Part shown: one piece after another, positions 23,087 through 35,319 of the stretch
Position numbering within the stretch: position 1 is the stretch's first letter
How the letters are laid out: every line of letters starts with the position of its first letter
The notes under the pieces: generated by a model
The model's database searches: none
Told to the model about the DNA's origin: nothing
Seen by the model: the letters and a program-made list of their open reading frames with translations, nothing else
Assembly (NCBI GenBank): GCA_039621445.1
Contig: CP154954.1
Location: forward strand, 24,006,954-24,070,953
Source of the DNA: Euglena gracilis
Lineage: Eukaryota
DNA: 64,000 nt
Reading direction: 5' to 3'
Program-made: the position numbers and the translations under genes

Positions 23087-25779
23087 TCATTGCTGCGTCG
23101 ATGTCGTCCCGGCCGCTTCTCCTTTGCCGGAACCTTTCTCGCCGCCTTTGCCTTTCCCCTTACCCTTGCCTTTGCCTTTTCCACCATCTTTCCCCTTGGC
23201 TTCGCCGCCTTTGCCGGTCCATCCTTCATTCCACGGCTGCTGGTTGCCTTTGCCTCGGCCAGCCCAGCCTTGGGCATCGTTGGAGTCCTTGGTCTCGTCC
23301 ACCTTCTTCGCTTCTCCTTCCTTTTCTTTCTTCACCGCTTCCTTCTTCACTTCCTTGATGTTGGACTCCTCCTGGACTCCTTGATTGGCCTTGGTGTCGG
23401 TCTCGTCATCTTCATCTTCGACATCCACTTCCCGCTGCCATCTTGTGGGTGCCGCCGGTTTGCGGTGGGCCGGCTCGGGGTCGCCCATGGTGGCGGCCCG
23501 CTGGTCCACCCTCAGCCACCGCACCATGAGGTCGTTGACTTGGGTGGCGGTGAACTCCACGGTGTCCGGGGCCACCCGGACCTCCACCAGACAGCTTCTG
23601 CCGGTCGTACACCACCTTGATGGCCGCCCGGTGGTCATCGTCCGCCGAGACCACCTTGATTCTTCTGCCTTGACGATCCACTTTCCTCGGCCCGACGCCC
23701 GTCTCTCCACCACCATCTCCGTCGCCTCCGCCACCGTCACATCCTCCGGTAGGCCTCCAGGACCAGCGCCGCGTGGTCACGGAGCCGATCGTCTCCATCG
23801 GCCAGCCGCTTCCTCCATGGCTGACCCAGCTGGTCCACCACCAGGCGGGCTAGCTCCACGTCCGTCATGTCCCCGATATGCATCGCCAGCGCCTTGGCGT
23901 TGGCGAAGTACTCCCGCCACTCGCGCTCCATCAGCTTGCCCCGCGTCACCACCTTGAGGTGACGGAGCTTCCTTCGTAGTGCTTCTCGGTCGTCTCCACC
24001 CAGCTCCAGGTCCAGCCTCGCCCACAGCTCCTCGAACGGCATCTCGGGGTAGGTCTCCACCATCAGGCTCGATGTGCAACGCCGTCGGCTGGGTCCACCG
24101 CTGGTGTGGCCGCAGTCGCAGCGGCACCGCACTGCGCCTCGCTGAGGAGGGGGCCATCCCCTCCACCTCGCGGAGGTGGCGAACGCCACCGCCGCCTCCA
24201 TTGGGGGACGGCCTCGGCGTTACCCGAGCCGGTTCGGTGCCTCCCCCAGCGCATCCAGAGGTGACGGTGGACTTGGACTCGGACAGACTGGGGCAGCCCC
24301 CAACGGCAGGGTGGGCTTGGACTTCTCGGATGGCGGTCCCGCTTGCGGGTGCGGGCACGCTCGCCCTCGCACGCTGGGGGCGGCGGTGCTGGCGGGTCGC
24401 GATGCCGGTGCATATGGATGCGACGACAGCGCGGACTGCTGCACTTGCGCGCGGGACGGTTGCGGATGGGATGGTGCACGTTGGGCCGCGGAGGACGACG
24501 GTTGACGCTGGGACACGGACAGCGGCTCTGCTCGGATGACTGCGGTGCTCGGTCGCCGGGGAAATGCATATGCGGATTGCGGCATGGATATCCCTTCCCT
24601 TGCCGGGCGCGCGGTGGTTGACGATGAGGACCGCTCAGCCGGGGCTCGGGCCGCCCCCGCCGAAGCAGGCTGGGGGGCAGACTGGCAGGGATCGGCTGCC
24701 CTTCGGGTTGGCGGCGTGGTCTGAGCCGCCGAGGACACCGGGGGTCCCCCGGCTGGGCGGAGACCGGACATCTTGACAGACCACTGCTTGATCTCCTCCT
24801 TCGCCATCTGAATCTCCCTGAACAGCGCCGTCACCACTTGGTCCACTTCCCGGAGGGCCTTCTCCAAGTACACCCTGCACTTGCCCTCCAACTCCACGGA
24901 AATCCGGTCGGCCAGCTTGTTGAAATACTGTACCTGCAACGCCGGGATCTCGGTCTTGGAGTTGAGCTCCATCCGCTGCAGTCGCTCCTCCATCTGCCGC
25001 ACCACCGTGGCGATCTCCTCCCGCGTCACCATGGCTCCCCGGAGACGGGCCACCTCCACTGCCGTTTCCGGGTCCACCACCCGGGCCGCACCCTCGCCGG
25101 GGCCGGCACGCACCATCGCCGTCAAGCCTTGCACCTCTGCCTCGCGGCATCGGTGCTCAGCCTGCACGGCGGCGATTGCTTGGGCCGCCTCATCCGCCGC
25201 CTTTCGGGCGGCCGCCTTGGCTTGCGCCACTTGGCCCTCGAGCCGTCCGTGCTGGGCTTGGATGGTCTCCATGAACTGCGCGATGACCTTGCCTTGCCCC
25301 TCCGCCACTTGCCGATAGGCCGCCGCGGACGCATCCTTCGTGGCCTTGATCTCCTTGTCCATCTCCTCCAGCGCCGCGGTGGGCCAGTCATCCCACATCT
25401 CCCGGGTGCGGTTGCCCAGGAGGTCGAGCTGGGCCACCACCTGCCCGAGACTCGCCTCCACGGCGTCGATGCGGCTCGTCAGCCACACCGCCACCTCCTC
25501 CGACACCCCGGGATACTCGTCCTGCATGGGCTGGTCTTGTACCGGGACTTCATCCCCGGCACCCATCTCCTCCTGGTACATCTCGGGGGCCATATCTTCC
25601 TCGTATCCCTCACCTGCGGGCTCCGCCTCGTCGTACATCTCGAGGGTCTGCTCGTACGTCTCCTCTGCCTGGTCATACTCCACACCCGCCGCGTCCTCGT
25701 CCATCTCATCCACAATCCTTGGCATCTTGAGCGGCCGGTGGGACGATGAGGCTTCGGAAAAGGGGTTCGTTCCCCCCAC
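23087..25779 (-). pseudogene. gag: gag-like region of element A (acidic and coiled-coil N-terminus, helical core, GK-rich basic tail); frameshifted
   Basis: ORFs 24220..25779, 23737..24201 and 23087..23740 lie between PBS and pol; FEELWARLDLE helical segment; GKGKGK tail; no CCHC knuckle seen. Confidence 0.7.
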
Positions 25780-26340
25780 ACCCTTTGATCCCCCTTGCGG
25801 CTCCCTCTGGGGGTGGTGGTGGGGGAGAACAGCAGCGCCGCTCCCGCCGCGGCCAGCAGCGGGAAGCGGGCCCGCAGCGGCGTGGCGTCCCGCGGGGACT
25901 CCAGCTCCGGCAGCTGGAGCGGCACCAGCGCGAACGCCGCCGCGGTCGCCGCCGCGGACGCCGCCGCGGACCCCCCCGGGGACGGCGTGGCTGCTGGGGT
26001 GGTGCGCAGGGAGTGGGACAGGTACGAGGGTGGGGATGGGGTGGACAGGATGGGAAATGTGAGCTGGAGTGGGAATGGGAGCTGGGGGTTTGGGCTTATC
26101 GCCTTTTCTTGAGCGGGGCTAGGTGGGGAAATGGGGGATTCTTTTTCTGCTGTGCACGCTGAGGGGGACTGAGCAGCGGCATGCGTGTGCGGGGGATTGG
26201 GATTGGGTATGGGGCGGTCTTTTTCATTTGGGGGAGTCCCATGGTGGGGGACACCCACCACCGGGGCGGGGTGAGCCTGGGGAGCCGGATCCATCTTGTC
26301 GGTGTGGTTTGTTCCCAGGAAATTTTGTTCTGTGAAAAAC

Positions 26341-26351
26341 CTCTGCTACCA
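26341..26351 (-). promoter_or_regulatory. Primer binding site (initiator tRNA-Met) of element A, overlapping the LTR by 1 nt
   Basis: Minus strand TGGTAGCAGAG; its first T is the last base of the LTR. Confidence 0.88.
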
Positions 26352-26989
26352 GTTTCCCGAATGGTGTTGTTTTTGCCCAGCCTTCACTCCCGGGGGTCCG
26401 TGAGGGGGTACCGGCGGGGTGGGGGGTAGGCGCGATGGGCTCTGGGGAGAGGGGTAGGTTCGGGATACTCCCCTTCCCACGTAGGATTTTTTCCCGGGGA
26501 CCGAAGGCCCTCCTTTTTGGGGAGTGGTTGGAGGGGGGAGTCCGGCTTGGCGTCCCTTCCGGCAGTGGGGGGGTTTAGGAAAAGGCCTGGTTAGCCTCCC
26601 CTAGGCTTCAGATACCCCAGCACCAACACCTTTTTGGCTTGTACTGCTCTCCTGCGCCAGCAGATAGCCAATCTTTTTTGTAATCTTTTGCTTGCTCCGC
26701 CCTTGGGATTTTGATTTTCTTGAACTTTTGCACTTTCTTGGCTCCAGTGCCTTTCCTTGAATTCCCTTGAAATTCCTTGAAAATTGATATAATTTGACCT
26801 TGGTCTTGATTCAGCAGGCACAATCTTGAATTGAAACCATAGGTAAGAAAGAGGGAGCCTGCAGTAAAAAACAGAACAGTTAGAGAGCGGTTTGCGCTAT
26901 TTTGATGCTGAATTAGCGCAGTGGTTCGCTATATACAACAGCAGGCTGTAATAGTGGCAATAGAAGGTGCAGCGGCCGGTCCGCCAACT
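26351..26989 (-). repeat. 5' LTR of element A
   Basis: Direct repeat of 14418-15056. Confidence 0.95.
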
Positions 26990-26993
26990 GGAT

Positions 26994-28530
26994 GGCACGC
27001 GACCAATTGCAGCTGGGGAATGCCTGCGCCGATTGGTGGGCAAATATTTGATGAGGCACCCAAACATCAGGGACCGCCTTAAAGAACTGCAGCCACTACA
27101 ATGCGGTGTAGGGGTCCAGGGGGCATGTGAACTCATTGCTATGGGACTGCAGCAAGAAGTAAATCACCTGCACATGCAACAGGACAGCACCTGGTCTTTG
27201 TTACAGGTAGATTTCAGCAATGCTTTTAATTGCGTAAAAACAAAGACAGTCCTTGCTGAAGTGCCTAAACGCTGCCCGGAGGCGTACGTTTGGTTCGAGA
27301 GTTGCTACGCCGAACACAGCCCGCTCTTTTGTGGGTCATCACACCTTCGGGGTGCCTCTGGCGTACAACAAGGGGACCCTTGTGGCCCAGCCGGATTCGC
27401 CTTGGCGTTGCAATCTCTCGTCGAGTCCTTGCAAGACGTGGTGCCACTGCAATTGTGGTATTTGGATGATGGACACATCCTGGGAACCCTCCCACAATTA
27501 CATGCAGCAATTACAGAAATTCAACGACAGGGGACGCTACTAGGCATACACCTCAACGCAAAAAAATGCCGCCTGTGGGGCCCTGCAGCAACAGAAGCCA
27601 ATCGTGCTGAAATGCCGCCAAACAGCCCACTTCGTGCAGTCCCAATCGTGAACTACTCCCCTAATTCTGGTGTACGGGCCCTGGGAATCTCGGTATGCCA
27701 TCCACAAAGCGGTGGCTTTGCGGGGGAAGTGTGGGCTGAACGTGCAACAGGTGTGCAGAAAGCTTGCCGGGCCCTTTTGAACCTGCCGCAAGCCCATATT
27801 CAGTTCTGTCTCTTACGAACGTGCCTAGATGCATGCAAAGTTAATGACCTCGTGCGTGCAACAGAACTGGGGCAGGCAAATGACGCATGTGCTCTGTTGA
27901 CCAAAGAAATCAGGAACACAATGAGCAACATTGTTGGATCCCCAATCGATGACAACCAATGGGCTCAGGCCACCCTACCCGTGCGTCATGGCGGACTCGG
28001 AATTCGGGACCCATCACTGGAACGTCTCCCAGCACGTATATCCGGCATTGTGACGTTTGTCAGCAATGGCAGACGCACCCTGGGCCTGGCAGACCGAGGA
28101 GTACCGAAAGACACTGCGGAGTTCCTGTCCTCTGCCAACTCCATCCTCGAAGGAACTCCCCCAACGCAAACATGGGCCGCGGATGTATCACTGCTGAACG
28201 AAGCCCAAAGCCCTCACATTCAACAGAAGTGGTGGGGTGAATGCTTTGCGAAACAACGACAAAAAGTATTATCCTCTAACCTTCACGGTCAAGACGCCGT
28301 CCGGTTCGCAAGCCAACAGCGGCCCCACGCAATGGCCTGGGCTTCTGTCACACCATCCTCTGGACTGAAAACATTGGTCGCTTCTGCCGAATTCAAAGGA
28401 TTTCTAAAGTGGTCACTGGGAGCACCAGTTTGTCCACAACGGGATCACGTGCCCACGCTGCACCAAGCCAATGGACAACCTGGGTAATCACCTTGTATGC
28501 TGCAGCTCAATGGATCACGCGGCGACATGT
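26994..28530 (+). pseudogene. 3' half of CRE-like RT and the CCHC knuckle preceding the endonuclease
   Basis: RPIAAGECLRRL, QVDFSNAFN, GVQQGDPCGP, WYLDDG, LPVRHGGLGIR; shifted-frame CPRCTKPMDNLGNHLVCC at 28450-28503. The endonuclease core beyond is degraded or unrecognisable. Confidence 0.92.
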
Positions 28531-30504
28531 GCATCATTTGTGTTCCACTGGCACATGATGCTGGGTTTACTGCACAATCCAGGAGAACACGAAGAATTCC
28601 AATGGTCCTGCTGTCACTGCAACGAAGGATGTCACAGTGATGTATGCGCGCTCTCACACACACCATGGTGACCAGTGGCCACACACCGCAACTTTGACTG
28701 AATGACTAACAGTATGACGAAGAGAAGGAAAAATTCAAATATGACGCCACATGGGGGGATGGGATGGACCTGGACATTCCATTGTTGTGCCTAGGCTAGG
28801 CTGAACTAAGCAACAAAACGTCAAGGAAAAACTTCAACATGCAACGCCACATTGGGAGAAACGCATGTTGACGCGGCGAGAAGCAAAGAATGGGATATTG
28901 CACAAAGACGCAGACACAAAACAGTACAACACGACACCACCCTAACACAACACACGCTAACCATCCACACACACACCCACCACACACCACCACACAGAAC
29001 ACAACGAAACAGAAAAAAAACACAACCACCAACCATAAAAAAAAAAAAACAAGCAAATCACACCTTGCAACGAATGGACCAAGTCTACAAAGACGTCCAA
29101 ACCCTTACCTCACCGAAAACAGAGCCTTCCCTGCGCCAACTCTCCAAAACCAAAACTTGTCGCAGCCACAACCTCAACACCCAACAGTCCCCATGGCCGT
29201 TCCATTGAACCTTCCCTGCCGCTGTACACTTTCCTCTCACACTCGCTATCCCCCCTCCGAACTGTGCCCTTCACCGCCGTTCTACTTCACCCTCGCCTCT
29301 CCCCCCTCCCACCTTGAGAACTTGCTATGTGCATTACTCTCACCCGCACAGGACTTCGGCTCGGAGTGATCCTCTTGAGTTTCAAAAAAACTTCCCCTCA
29401 GCCTGCACCCCTCTCACGACACTTGAAGCTTCCCGCCCTTCGCCTTCCGGGTTTCCTGGGAACCGGATGACACCCTCAGCCATTACCTTATCCACGGGGT
29501 CTCCCCATCTGTGCATAGCCTTCCCCCTCCTACACTTCAAATCCAGTAGGCTGCGCCACTGGTCGGTGGATTCGGTTCGCCCCACCACCGTCTTTGAGGA
29601 TGCTGGGTTTCGGGGGGTTATTATTATAACGGCCAGAGGCAATTATTGATTTGGGACACCCGGGTGCTTGTGTAACAGAAAGTGTAAACAGGCATCATAC
29701 TCTCTCTGTAGCGACACAAACAAGAGTATGGACGATCCCGAACCAGACGATCGTCGAGACCGGGGTAAACGAGGCCCGCCACAAGAACGACCCCCTCCAG
29801 GACCCCCAGAGGGTCAACCGCCCACCAAGCGGGCCAAGCCGGCGCCGCCTACACAACGCGCCTTATCGGTGAGCTCCTCCTCACCCAGTTCGACGTCCTC
29901 TTCGTCAACATCATTGACATCATCCAGTACAGCCCCCAGCCCATCTGCCTCCTCCTCTTCCCCCTCCCTGGCTGCTGCTCCCTCCCAGGTTGAGCGCGCC
30001 ATGGGTATGGGTGCCGCCGGGGGGTACACCCTGCCAGGCGACCCTTGGGTCCCCCTGCCAGCCAGCACCCCCAGCTGACCCCTGGCATCCCCTGCAAAAC
30101 CCAACTGCCAGCTGCAGCATATCAAGTTGTCCCTCAACAGGTGAAGCCTCCCAGCCACCGTGCCCCTAAGGGTCCCTCTGGCCCTCCCCTACAGGCTGCC
30201 CCCTCCCCCATCAGGCCCCCCTGTCCCATCAGGCCAAGGCCCACAGACAGCCCCAGTCCAAGGCCCCCCTGCCCCCCCCCCAGGCCAAGGCCCACAGACC
30301 ACCCTTGTCCTTCCCACCAGCTGCCTCTTCCACTGGGACAGTACCAGCACCTGTGCCCCAGAGGATCTGGAAAGATGCCAGGGAACCACTGAGTGGTCGA
30401 CATCTGCGAGAAGTCCCCTCAGTTTCAGGTGATTTTTTTGTTCCACAGGTCAAAACCCTATGGATCTACCCCCTCAGATCCTGTGTGGGCCCTGTGGGGT
30501 CCAC

Positions 30505-31950
30505 CTGTGGATCACCCCAGGAGCCCCCCAGCTACTCCACAGGGCACTCCCAGAAGCCCTCCCCCTTCATAGCACGTGAATATTACCGCGGCCTGCGCCT
30601 GGAGTTTCTCCAGCAGTGGGTAATACTTCCACTGGATTCCCAGTGCTCTGATGGAATACATGTGCGTGAAGATTTCCTTCAGCTGTGCTACGAACGTTTC
30701 GTCGTCGGCACATGTATTCATACAGTCGATGTAGGTCAGACCGTTTCGGTCGGTAAAAATCCCAAAGTTCTGGCAGGGGTATCCCAACCAGAACCACAGC
30801 TCCCAGAAACCGGACATCTGGTCCAGGACGACTTCATCCGAATGAGGGCATCCCTTAAACGCATGGAGTTCGGCACAGTAGAAAAATCGTTTGCAGTGAT
30901 TGTACATACGATTATGCACCACTTCGAGCACCGCTTCCGGTGGTCGGTGGATCACGTTGCCTGCACGTGTAAACTTATGGAGATCCTCGTCGATGTTCGA
31001 CCAGATCTCCTCAAGGTAATCGAATACCACGGCAACGTCATAGTCCTTTGTTTTCGAAGGTTCGGCGGCTTTTCCGCCTTTTGCTGCTGGGGGTCCGGCA
31101 GATTTTCCGCCTTTGCCTGGAGCTGGCCATGCGGCTTTTCCGCCTTTGCCAGGTGGGGCTTTGCCACCTTTCTCATGGCCTTTTCCTTTCCCCTTACCCT
31201 TCCTTGCCTTTTCATTTACTCTTACCCTTCGAGTTAGACAGCCATTCGAATGTCGCCCAGTAATCCCAGTATTCTGTGTCTTCCGCAGTATATACCGGGT
31301 AAGTCACGGATTCCGTGCTGGGCGTCCGAGCAAATTCCTGTTCAGCGTCACCACCATTCAAGTAAACCGGTGCGACCGGGGGTGGTCGGGTTTCCCGACG
31401 TACCCGTTCTGCCGTCACATCTGGCGCGGGCGAAGTTTCCTCGTCAGCGTCGACGTACATCGCCGTGGGCGGATTTTCCGACCTAGGCGAGCGGCGCTGT
31501 GGCTGCGGCGTCAGATTTTCCGGGCCGCGGTCACGCTTGCCGGCGGCAGAGCTTGTGGGTCGTGCCGATGGCGCTTCCGCCACAGCAACACCCCGCTGTC
31601 CCGCATGTTGACTGGATCGTGAGGGAGCTGGGACTCCGGTGAGAGCCGTCACAGCAGCATCATACTGCTGGCGCTCTTCCATCGTCATTTCCGCCCGGGC
31701 AGGGTATCCCTGTCCGGCGGAAACAGGGGGCTGACGTGCGATTTGTCTCTGGATCGTCACAGCATATTCACACTGTTGACGCTCCTCCTCGGTATCGAAC
31801 GGCCGACCAGTCCACGGGTTGACGGGTTTATCCCGTACCTGTGGGACCGGCGCCGTACGAGGCGCTGCCGCGGCTTCCCGCGGACGAGCGCTCCGGGCAC
31901 TGTCAGACGTCGAGGGAGGGTTTCCTTCCGCGTGGCGTCTTGGCAGAGGG
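30505..31950 (-). pseudogene. Remnant of a family-B ORF3 homolog
   Basis: GFWELWFWLGYPCQNFGIFTD and KRDRGPENLTPQP match GFWELWFWLGYPCQNWGLFSD and KRDRTTENLTPQP in ORF 44597..47764. Confidence 0.85.
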
Positions 31951-31968
31951 TCAGGTATGGTATGGTGG

Positions 31969-34644
31969 GGTCGCTGAGCTCTTATCTCTTTAGAGTAAGA
32001 GCGAAGCTTACCACCGGGGCCGGAGGGGGTCGGGCCCCCCCCCCCCCCCCCGGCCGCGCCCCCCCGCGCCCCCCCCCCCCGCCCCCCCCTGAGTAGGTCC
32101 GGGCCCCCGAGGATTATCGATGTGATTGGATTTCGTGGCCCCCAAAGTGAATGGCCTCTAGGTTAGGGGACGACCCCTAGTTTCTCCAGAGCCCTTAGGT
32201 TACCCGCAGCTCCCCGCCAGTCCGGAGATATGGCCCGAGCAAAAAAGTTGTCTGCCGTTTTTTTTTCTGGGGATATTTCAGGGTCATTTTGGGGTCAAAA
32301 AATCGAAAAATTTAAAAATATCTCGAAAACGCCGCGGAGTTGCAAAAAAGTAAAGAGGACGTCATTCCTCAACTTTGGGAGCCCAATCGATCGCTATGCG
32401 CGGTTTGGGACGACTCCCCGCCTAGCCCGAGAATACGGCTGTTTTGGGGTTTTGGGCCAGTTTTGCCAGTTTCGGCCATTTTGGGCCCGTTCGGGGCCCG
32501 AAACCGTAATTTGCCCGTATCTCGTGCTAGACGGGAGTTGGAACCCAAACCAGGGGGTCAATCATTAGGTTTAGGGGGGGGGTTGACCGTTTTTTGGGGT
32601 TCCCGGGGTCTGGTTGTGCCATTTTGGGCCATTTTTGGGTATTCGGGGACCCCTGCGGGGGTTCGAGGGCCGTCGGGCTGGGGGTCCAAAAATCGAAAAA
32701 TTCAAAATATCTCGAAAACGCCGCGGAGTTGAGGAAAAGTGATGGCGACCTCATTTGACGACCTTGGAACGCCTGATCGATCCCTATGCGCGCTTTGGGC
32801 CAACTCCTCGCCTAGCCCGAGATACGGCCGTTTTGCGGCTTTTGGGCCAGTTTGGCCAGTTCTGGCTGTTTTGGGGCCCGAAACCGTAAATTGGCCGTAT
32901 CTCGGGCTACACGTGGAGTTGGGACCCAAATCAGGGGGTCAACCATTGGTTTAAGGGGAGGTTTTGACCGTATTTTGGGGTTCACGGGGCCTGGTTGTGC
33001 GATTTTGTGCCAGTTTTGAGCCACTTGGGCGATTTTGGGCCAGTTTTGGCTGTTCGGGGACCCCACCGGGCGGCGTGAGGGCGGCTGGGCGATGGGGGGT
33101 CGGGTGGCAGGTCGGGACCCAAAATTTTGAAAACATTTTTTTCGCTCAAAAATACTTTTTTTCACTTCAGAACATCAAAAAAGTGTTTTTGAGAGAGAAA
33201 AAATTTTCCGACCCGGACCCCCCCCCGTGGCTGCGGCCCACCCCACTGGCCGGTGGACTTAGCCATTTTTGGGTCAAAAAGTCAAAAAAATTCAAATTTT
33301 TTTTTGCCCAAAACCATGTTTTTTGACCTCCCGGACCCGAAAAAAGTGTTCTCGACCCAAAAATGAACGTTTTTCGACCCGCCAGCGCCCCGTTTTGGGC
33401 CGCCAACCCATTGACTTTGGGTCAAAACCGGGCCAAAAAAGTCGAAAAAAATCGAAACATTTTTTTTGCCTGAAACGACGTTTTTTGGCCTCCCGGACCC
33501 AGAAAAACTGTTTTTGAGCCGAAAACGAGCGTTTTTAGACCATCAGTGCCCCATTTTGGTACGCCAACCCATTGACTTTCGGTCAAAACCCGGTCAAAAA
33601 AGTCGAAAAAAAATTGAAAAATTTTTTTTGCCCGAAACGCTGTTTTTTGGGCCTCCAGAACCCAGAAAACCCGTTTTTTTAGCCAAAAATGAGCGATTTT
33701 TGACCCCTTGGCCCCTCGTTTCGGGCCCAAAACCCTTGCATTTCAGTCCAAAGAGCTCCACGGAGTGACTGGGCCGCGCCGCCTTGCCGCTGGCCGTGCC
33801 GGGCCGCCGGGCTGCCGGGCCGCCGGCCGGGCCGGGCCGCCAGCCGGGCCGGGCCGGGCTGGGCCGCCGGGCCGCCGAGCCGGGCCGGGCCGGGTCGCCG
33901 AGCCGCGGTGGTCTTCCAAAGAGCTCAGCTCTACGTCACACCCTGGTCGCTGAGCTCTTATCTCTTTAGAGTAAGAGCGAAGCTTACCACCGGGGCCGGA
34001 GACCCCCCCCGACACCCCCCCCCCCCCCACCCCCACCCCTCCCCTGAGTAGGCTCGGGCACCCCAGGATTATCGATGTGACCTGATTTCCGGACCCGAGA
34101 AGTTAATAGCCTATGGGTTAGGAGAGGATCCCTAGTTTCTCCAGAGCCCTCAATTTGCCCGCAACTCCCCGCCAGTCCGGAGATATGGCTTGAGCAAAAA
34201 AGTTGTCTACCGTTTTTTTCCAAAGAAATTTTGTTGGACCGGCAAAAGGGCCATTTTTGGGGGTCAAAAAATGGAAAAAATTAAAATATGTCGAAAACGC
34301 TGGGGAGTTGAGAAAAAGTAAAGAGTACCTCATTCCACAACTTTGGGAGGCGGACGGACGGACGGACGGACGGCTGGTGAAAAAAGCGAAGGTCCGGACG
34401 GACGGCTGACCTTGTGGGCTTGGTCCAGACGGCTGAAGAAGATGCACTTGGTCCAGCTAGCCGGCTGGCCGGCTGGCCGGCTGGCCGGCTGGCCGGCTAG
34501 CCGGGGTCTTTGGAAGCGCAGGCTAAGGGCAAGAAAGGTCGCGTAGATCTCCAAACGGAAGTAACGGTCCAGATCTCCACACAACATGTCAGATCTTTTG
34601 TACGATGTCCGCTGAGCTGCCCCGTACTGCAAGGTTCGTATCAG
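31969..34644. mobile_element. Tandem non-autonomous repeat units with a conserved hairpin junction (possibly Helentron-associated, DINE-1/HINE-like)
   Basis: Motif GTCGCTGAGCTCTTATCTCTTTAGAGTAAGAGCGAAGCTTACCACCGGGGCCGGAG at 31970 and 33946; A/T-tract sub-repeats; (GGAC)n at ~34352; no coding signal. Class is an inference. Confidence 0.5.
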
Positions 34645-34969
34645 TGTGTACCAGGCGTATGCTTCTGTCCCCTTCCGTTGAGGAAGTTAGGATCGAAGCA
34701 GATCCTATTAGGATCTCCTAATGGGTGCCCCTTCTCTCTCCACAGGTGGTATTCTTTTATATTCTTCTTTATACCTTTTCCTTCCTTTCCCTCGGACCGG
34801 ACTTGGTTATCCAGTCCGTCCTCCCTGCATTGCCCTGTGCTTTGCTTCTTGGGAAGTGGGAAAAGGGATTTTCTGTTACTCTGATTTTCAGTTCCCAAGT
34901 AGGTGCGCCAAGGCGAAAGCGAAGGCTTTTGGGAATTGGGAAAGGGGAATTGGGAATCAGACGTACACT
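34645..34969 (+). repeat. 5' LTR of B1
   Basis: Direct repeat of 61034-61357; TGTGTAC...GTACACT termini. Confidence 0.93.
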
Positions 34970-35114
34970 TGGTAGCAGATTGGTTACGATCCTATACATA
35001 CTTCACAGAAAGAAAGGCTACCAGGTATTACACTTGGTAGCAGATTAGGTCACGATCCTACACATACAGCCCGTTTAGAAAGAAACGCTACCAGGTATTA
35101 CACTTGGTAGCAGA
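34970..35114 (+). promoter_or_regulatory. Three tandem initiator-tRNA primer binding sites
   Basis: TACACT-TGGTAGCAGA with the PBS at 34970, 35035 and 35105. Confidence 0.85.
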
Positions 35115-35319
35115 TTGGTTCGATCCTACGCTGACTGGCAGCGGAGGGCCCCTGCACCGTTTATTACACGGTCGCAGCGTCAGCTCCCGGCTTCTAGTCA
35201 ACGTCTAAGCAGACGAGCAGGCTCCGGAAGGCTCTGTACGGTATTACCTGTTACAACCCTTCTGGTGCCAGCACAACTGCTTAGTTTTGTGGGTTTTTGC
35301 TGTTTTTGTCATCAGAAAG

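Larger units (their letters stand above)
14418..26989 (-). mobile_element. Full-length Ty3/Gypsy chromodomain LTR retrotransposon 'A' carrying a C5 DNA methyltransferase
   Basis: Two 639-bp LTRs (5 differences seen), GGAT TSD (14414-14417, 26990-26993), PBS, PPT; order gag-DNMT-PR-RT-RH-INT-chromodomain. Confidence 0.95.
9691..29607 (+). mobile_element. CRE-clade non-LTR retrotransposon (RT plus restriction-like endonuclease type), interrupted by Gypsy element A
   Basis: Removing 14418-26993 restores ...PKKD|GTRPIAAGECLRRL. RT and CCHC motifs lie downstream. 3' limit inferred from a candidate TSD (9675-9689 vs 29608-29622, 14/15 identical). Confidence 0.85.

Noticed and set aside
16842-25749. 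Long plus-strand ORFs such as 16842..18194 and 18392..20296
   Set aside because: Antisense shadows of GC-rich gag and pol, with no motifs of their own.
29037-29049. Poly(A) tail marking the CRE 3' end
   Set aside because: No matching TSD follows; it lies in low-complexity AC-rich sequence, and a better TSD candidate is at 29608-29622.
29668-30432. Host gene in Pro/Ser-rich ORFs
   Set aside because: Short, low-complexity and motif-free; cannot be assigned.
33946-33990. Hammerhead ribozyme (CTGA-stem-GAA)
   Set aside because: Lacks the CUGANGA and GAAA core, and no stem I/III pairing was found.
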